DNA of 64,000 bases, taken from positions 352,001 through 416,000 of the forward strand of contig CAVYTU010000014.1 of assembly GCA_963771465.1 (NCBI GenBank). The letters are read 5' to 3'. Below, one piece after another: positions 58,535-64,000 of the stretch (positions are counted from its first letter, which is position 1; the number at the start of each line of letters is the position of its first letter). This DNA is from an uncultured delta proteobacterium (GTDB lineage: Bacteria; Desulfobacterota; Binatia; UBA9968). Position numbers and translations under genes: made by a program. The notes below the pieces were generated by a model. That model worked only from the letters and a program-made list of their open reading frames with translations, had not been told where the DNA came from and ran no database searches.

Positions 58535-60398
58535 GAGTTTCTCCGTCTAGGCGGACTTGCTGCTTTTCAGTTTTTTGCTTCGCCTGCTCGACGAACTTTT
58601 CAAAGACCTTCTTAGCCATCGGCGCCGCGGCATCGCCGCCATGACCGCCATGTTCGACGAGCACGGCGATGGCAACTTGGGGATTTTGCACCGGCGCATA
58701 GGCGACGAACCAGGCATGATCGCGGCTGAAATAAGCCAGCTGTTCGCTTTTCACGTACGCGCCCTTCATCTCGACCACCTGCGCCGTGCCGGTTTTGCCG
58801 GCGATGTCGACGATCGGAGAGCGCGCCATACCGCCGGTGCCGCCTTTGACCACGTCGGCGAGCGCGCTGCGCACCCGGGTTAACGTGTCTGGCTTGATTT
58901 CGATGGTGCGGATCAGCTCCGGCCCATACTCGCGCACCGAAGTGCCGTCCACCGATTCGACTTTGCTGACGATGCGAGGACGAAAAAGTTTGCCGCCGTT
59001 AGCCACGGTCGCCATCATGTTCGCCATCTGCAATGGCGTCACCGTGACGTAGCCTTGGCCGATGGCCACGGAAACCGTTTCGCCTGGGTACCAGGGTTGG
59101 CGAAATCTTTTCATTTTCCACGCCGTGTCGGGAATCGTGCCGCCCCGTTCATCATCGAGAGCGATGCCGGATTTTTCGCCCAGACCGAAGGCGCGCGACC
59201 ACTTGGCGATGCGGTCGACACCGAGCTTCGGACCGAGTTGATAGAAATAGGTATCGCAGGAAATGACGATCGCATGGTGCAGATTGACCGAGCCATGGCC
59301 GCCTAGTTTCCAGTCGCGGAAGTTCCGATTGCCGAAGGAAAAAAAACCGGGATCGGAAATATGCGCGTCGGGATTGATCACACCTTCTTCGAGGCCGGCG
59401 ATGGCCATGACTATTTTGAATGTCGATCCCGGCGGAAACTGTCCCTGGGTGGCGCGATTGTTGAGCGGCCTGAGCTTATCGGTGGCCAGCGCATTCCACT
59501 CGCCGCCCTTAATACCGCGGGCGAAAACATTGGGATCGAAGGCCGGCGTGCTGGCGAGGGCGAGAATCGCGCCGCTATGAATATCGATGGCGACGATGGT
59601 GCCTTCCTTACCCTTGAGAGCCTCGTAGGCGGTCTGTTGTAGTTGCCGATCAAGAGTTAGATGAACGGTATAACCTGGCACGTCGCTGACTTCGTGCAGC
59701 ACGCGCACGCGCCGTCCGAGCGCGTCGACTTCGACTTGCTGGCCACCACTTTGGCCGCGTAGCACATATTCCCATTTTCGCTCCAGTCCGTATTGGCCGA
59801 TTTCATCGCCGATGGCGTAACCCTCTTCTTTGAATGTTTTGAGCTGCTTTTGATTGATCTCGCCGAGATAGCCGAGCACATGGGCCGCCGCTTGGCCGTC
59901 GACGTAGTTACGCCGCGGCCGCGCTCGTAATGTGATGCCGGGTAAATCGAGCTGATGAGTTTCCACCGCGACGATGGTCGACCACTCGACATCGCGGCCC
60001 AGAGTAATCTCATCGAACGCCGCCCGGCTTTTGTTGTCCTCATAGGTTTTTAAGAGTTCGCTTTCATCCCACTTGAGATAGCGCGCCAAGGAGCTGAGGG
60101 TCTTTTCTGGCGCGGTGCTATCTTCCGGCACGAAGAATAAATCGAAAGACGGCCGGCTATCGACCAATAACTCGCCGTGGCGGTCGAGCACCATGCCACG
60201 CGTCCCCGGCACGCGTTTGAGGCGGACACGGTTATTTTCCGACAGAAAGGTATAACGCTCGCCGTGAATTACTTGGAGAAAAATCATTCGCAGCGAAAGG
60301 CTGAGAAAGGCAAATATCAGAATCGCGAATAGCCACACCGAACGCCGGCGAAGTTCCGGTGCGCCGTCCTGTTTATTGATTTCACCAAGCGTAGCCAT
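58524..60398 (-). CDS. mrdA: Penicillin-binding protein 2
   Basis: PGSTFK (SxxK), SCD, KTG; start at ATG 60398. Confidence 0.95.
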   Translation of the reverse strand: MATLGEINKQDGAPELRRRSVWLFAILIFAFLSLSLRMIFLQVIHGERYTFLSENNRVRLKRVPGTRGMVLDRHGELLVDSRPSFDLFFVPEDSTAPEKTLSSLARYLKWDESELLKTYEDNKSRAAFDEITLGRDVEWSTIVAVETHQLDLPGITLRARPRRNYVDGQAAAHVLGYLGEINQKQLKTFKEEGYAIGDEIGQYGLERKWEYVLRGQSGGQQVEVDALGRRVRVLHEVSDVPGYTVHLTLDRQLQQTAYEALKGKEGTIVAIDIHSGAILALASTPAFDPNVFARGIKGGEWNALATDKLRPLNNRATQGQFPPGSTFKIVMAIAGLEEGVINPDAHISDPGFFSFGNRNFRDWKLGGHGSVNLHHAIVISCDTYFYQLGPKLGVDRIAKWSRAFGLGEKSGIALDDERGGTIPDTAWKMKRFRQPWYPGETVSVAIGQGYVTVTPLQMANMMATVANGGKLFRPRIVSKVESVDGTSVREYGPELIRTIEIKPDTLTRVRSALADVVKGGTGGMARSPIVDIAGKTGTAQVVEMKGAYVKSEQLAYFSRDHAWFVAYAPVQNPQVAIAVLVEHGGHGGDAAAPMAKKVFEKFVEQAKQKTEKQQVRLDGETRAD

Positions 60399-60403
60399 CG
60401 GGT

Positions 60404-60910
60404 TTATTGCGCCGCCGGCTGAAGTTTTTCCAGAGAACTTTCCGCGCGCCGCAACACGCCAAACATGAACGGCGCAAGTACAGCGGCGATGAGCGCCTCC
60501 GTGACGATATACTGGGCCGCGCCTTTCCAAAAGCCTTCAGTGCTCAAAAACAAAAGCCAAACCAAAACTAAGCCTAGGCCTTTGACCAGCGCGGCCAACA
60601 AAACGATGATCGAACTGACGATCGGATGATGCAGCCAGATCGAACGCGAGCCGAGATAAGCGGCGATAAAGACTAGCGACATGGCGAAAGCGTTAATGCC
60701 GAGGAGCCGGCTTGAAATAATATCAACCGAATAGCCTAAGAGAAAGGAGCCCACAGCAGCGCCGACGGTGGGATGATGCAGCCCCCAGTAGACGCAGAGA
60801 ATCAAAATGAGATCCGGCACGATCGGCCCGATCGGCAAGAGACGTTGCACGGTGGTCTGCAAGATAACCAAGAAAATACCGATGGTAAAAAACATCAAGG
60901 AAAGTTTCAT
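60404..60910 (-). CDS. mreD: Rod shape-determining protein MreD
   Basis: Hydrophobic, PDLILILCVYWGL, GYSVD; synteny. Confidence 0.88.
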   Translation of the reverse strand: MKLSLMFFTIGIFLVILQTTVQRLLPIGPIVPDLILILCVYWGLHHPTVGAAVGSFLLGYSVDIISSRLLGINAFAMSLVFIAAYLGSRSIWLHHPIVSSIIVLLAALVKGLGLVLVWLLFLSTEGFWKGAAQYIVTEALIAAVLAPFMFGVLRRAESSLEKLQPAAQ

Positions 60911-60935
60911 CGCCGGGTCTTGTCCAACCAGAGGG

Positions 60936-61775
60936 TTAATTCTTCGCTGGGCCGCTGTCGGCGCCGATGGCAACGACTAAGACTTCTTCGACGCGCGACG
61001 GTTGCACGGCCGGCAAGACCTCGACGAACTGAAACAGGCCGAGATTCTGCTTGTTCACATGAGTCACCGTCCCGACCATAAGGCCTTTGGGGAAGACGCC
61101 GTCTAAGCCAGAGGTGATCAGCCGGTCGCCGACTTGAATGTCTTCGCTCCGTTTCATGTACTTCAAGACCAAGCCGTTCTCGAGCGACCCCGATACAATG
61201 CCGCGGCTGCGGGTGCGTTGAATCACCACATCGATGCCGCTGTTGGCATCGGTGAGGAGAATCACTTTCGCGCTACGCGTGCTGGTGGAAACGACTTTGC
61301 CGACGACACCTAATGGCGTCACCACCGCCATGTCTTTGTGCACGCCGTCGGCGCTTCCCTTATCGAGCACGCAGCCTTGAAACCAACTGCTGGCGCTGTC
61401 GGCGATGATCGATGCGGTGAGCGCTTTCGCCGGCAGCTGCGTGCGAAAGTCCAACAACTCCTGCAGTTTGCGATGGGTCGCTTGGGCCTCCAAAAATTTT
61501 TGCCGCTCGACCTCGAGGGATTGAATGCGTTTGCGCAGCCGCTCGTTTTCCGATTTAAAGCCCGACATGGTCAGATAATTCTCTTGAATACCGATCAGCC
61601 AACCGGAAGTCGATTGCGCGGCGATCTGCAGCGGCCGCATGAGCCACATCAACACCACGCCCACCGGTTCGTTGGTTAATTGACCGCGCGCCGAGACGGT
61701 AAGAATGTAAAGAGACAATAAAACGCAGAAACAAGCGCTAACGGGAATCTGATTCTTGCGCAGAAAAGCGAGCAT
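60936..61775 (-). CDS. mreC: Rod shape-determining protein MreC
   Basis: Coiled coil ENERLRK, LDKGSADGV, GVVGKV, TSGLDGVFPKG. Confidence 0.94.
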   Translation of the reverse strand: MLAFLRKNQIPVSACFCVLLSLYILTVSARGQLTNEPVGVVLMWLMRPLQIAAQSTSGWLIGIQENYLTMSGFKSENERLRKRIQSLEVERQKFLEAQATHRKLQELLDFRTQLPAKALTASIIADSASSWFQGCVLDKGSADGVHKDMAVVTPLGVVGKVVSTSTRSAKVILLTDANSGIDVVIQRTRSRGIVSGSLENGLVLKYMKRSEDIQVGDRLITSGLDGVFPKGLMVGTVTHVNKQNLGLFQFVEVLPAVQPSRVEEVLVVAIGADSGPAKN

Positions 61776-61822
61776 GGCCGGCTAGTTCGCCTCGGACAGT
61801 CGGGAGGTGTGAGCCCTTGAGC

Positions 61823-62962
<1,140 letters not shown>

Positions 62963-63055
62963 TTAGCGGATCCGCGAACGGTTGCATTGATGAGGCCCAT
63001 TTTCTATCATGGGTGGACTTCCCTTACCTCATTTGATCGAAAGGTTCCTTGCTCC

Positions 63056-64000
63056 ATGCTCGATTTTTTACGTAAGCGCAAAAGAAATTGGATCATCGTT
63101 TTTTTTCTTGGCCTGATTATCGTAGTTTTCGCCTTGTTTTACGGTGGCAGTAACAAAATCGGCGACAAGTCATCATTGGAAGTAGCAGAGGTCAATGGCG
63201 AAATCATCAGCCAGCGTGAATTCACCCTGAACTATCAACGCGCCGTGGAGCGCTATCGGCAGATGCTTAAGGGTCAGCTTACCGAAGACATGATCAAGGG
63301 GCTTAACATCAAAGGCAACTTGATCGAAGAACTGATTCAGAAGAAGCTGATCCTACAGGAAGCACGAAACCTAGGATTAACCGCTAGTGACGACGATGTC
63401 GTCAATCATCTGGCGAAAGCGCCGGAGTTTCAAATCGCCGGTCGGTTTAACAAAGAGCAATACCTGCAAATTCTCAAAGCCAACCGATTGTTCCCGGCGC
63501 AGTTCGAAGAAGAACAACGCGAGCAATTGACGCTTAATCGTCTCTCTAGCGTCATCGTCGATTCGGTGCAAGTGAGCGACACCGAAGTACGGGAGCGTTA
63601 CCGTCTCGAACAGGGAAAAATCAATCTTCAGTTTATCAAGCTGGCGCTCGGCGATTTTATTGCCGAGGTCAAACTCAACGAAGAAGACGTCAAGAAATTC
63701 TATGAGCGGAACAAGGAGTCGCTCAAAGAACCGCTTAAACTGCAAGTCGAATATCTATCCTATCCCTTCGACAAGTACGCAACCGCGGCTCAGGTTTCCG
63801 ACAAAGAAGTAGAAGATTATTATCAAGCCAATCAAAATGACAAATTTCGTAAGCCCAAAGAGATCAAAGTCCGTTACATTTCCCTACGCGTGAAAGCGGA
63901 AGCGGACGAGAAACAAAAGCAGGCGGTGCGCGAGCGCGCCGGCGCCCTGGTCAAAGAAGCGCGCGGCGGCAAAGATTTCGCGCAGCTCGCCAAGCGGGAA
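63056..64000 (+). CDS. ppiD: PpiD/SurA N-terminal domain chaperone, runs off the window end
   Basis: Own translation MLDFLRKRKRNWIIVFFLGLIIVVFALFYGG...VAEVNGEII...FQIAGRFNKEQYLQIL; no stop seen before the window end, so absent from the ORF track. Confidence 0.85.
   Translation, partial: MLDFLRKRKRNWIIVFFLGLIIVVFALFYGGSNKIGDKSSLEVAEVNGEIISQREFTLNYQRAVERYRQMLKGQLTEDMIKGLNIKGNLIEELIQKKLILQEARNLGLTASDDDVVNHLAKAPEFQIAGRFNKEQYLQILKANRLFPAQFEEEQREQLTLNRLSSVIVDSVQVSDTEVRERYRLEQGKINLQFIKLALGDFIAEVKLNEEDVKKFYERNKESLKEPLKLQVEYLSYPFDKYATAAQVSDKEVEDYYQANQNDKFRKPKEIKVRYISLRVKAEADEKQKQAVRERAGALVKEARGGKDFAQLAKRE

Overview
Chromosomal segment of a moderately GC-rich Gram-negative bacterium. Gene content and style resemble Deltaproteobacteria-like Candidatus Binatia, which is an inference. 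Core blocks are moaB-moaD-moaE with a NiCo transporter, hemW, a long minus-strand run kdsB-pyrG-kdsA-kdsD-kdsC-lptC-lptA-lptB-rpoN-hpf-ptsN-rapZ-ptsH-metK-ahcY, putA, tlpA-ccdA-folE-pepA-trxA, mreB-mreC-mreD-mrdA-rodA and a truncated ppiD/surA-like gene. Accessory highlights: (1) a separately transcribed unit at about 53110-53425 with a 15-aa peptide MAAKKKAKKKAKKKK enclosed by long-range base-pairing elements, missed by the ORF track; (2) an OsmC-like selenoprotein split by an in-frame UGA followed by a SECIS-like hairpin; (3) a nitrile/thiocyanate hydrolase-like operon (cupin, asparaginase-like protein, N-terminally extended Co-type alpha subunit, separate SH3 beta fragment); (4) a putative cyclic-nucleotide cassette ending in a cNMP-binding/MalT-like/DASS transporter fusion; (5) a racemase homologue lacking both catalytic Cys, a divergent pair of di-iron proteins, an antisense sigma54 site upstream of the rpoN operon, and several single-base frameshifts. 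No rRNA, tRNA, CRISPR array or transposase was recognised. All calls come from reading the sequence; no database searches were run.
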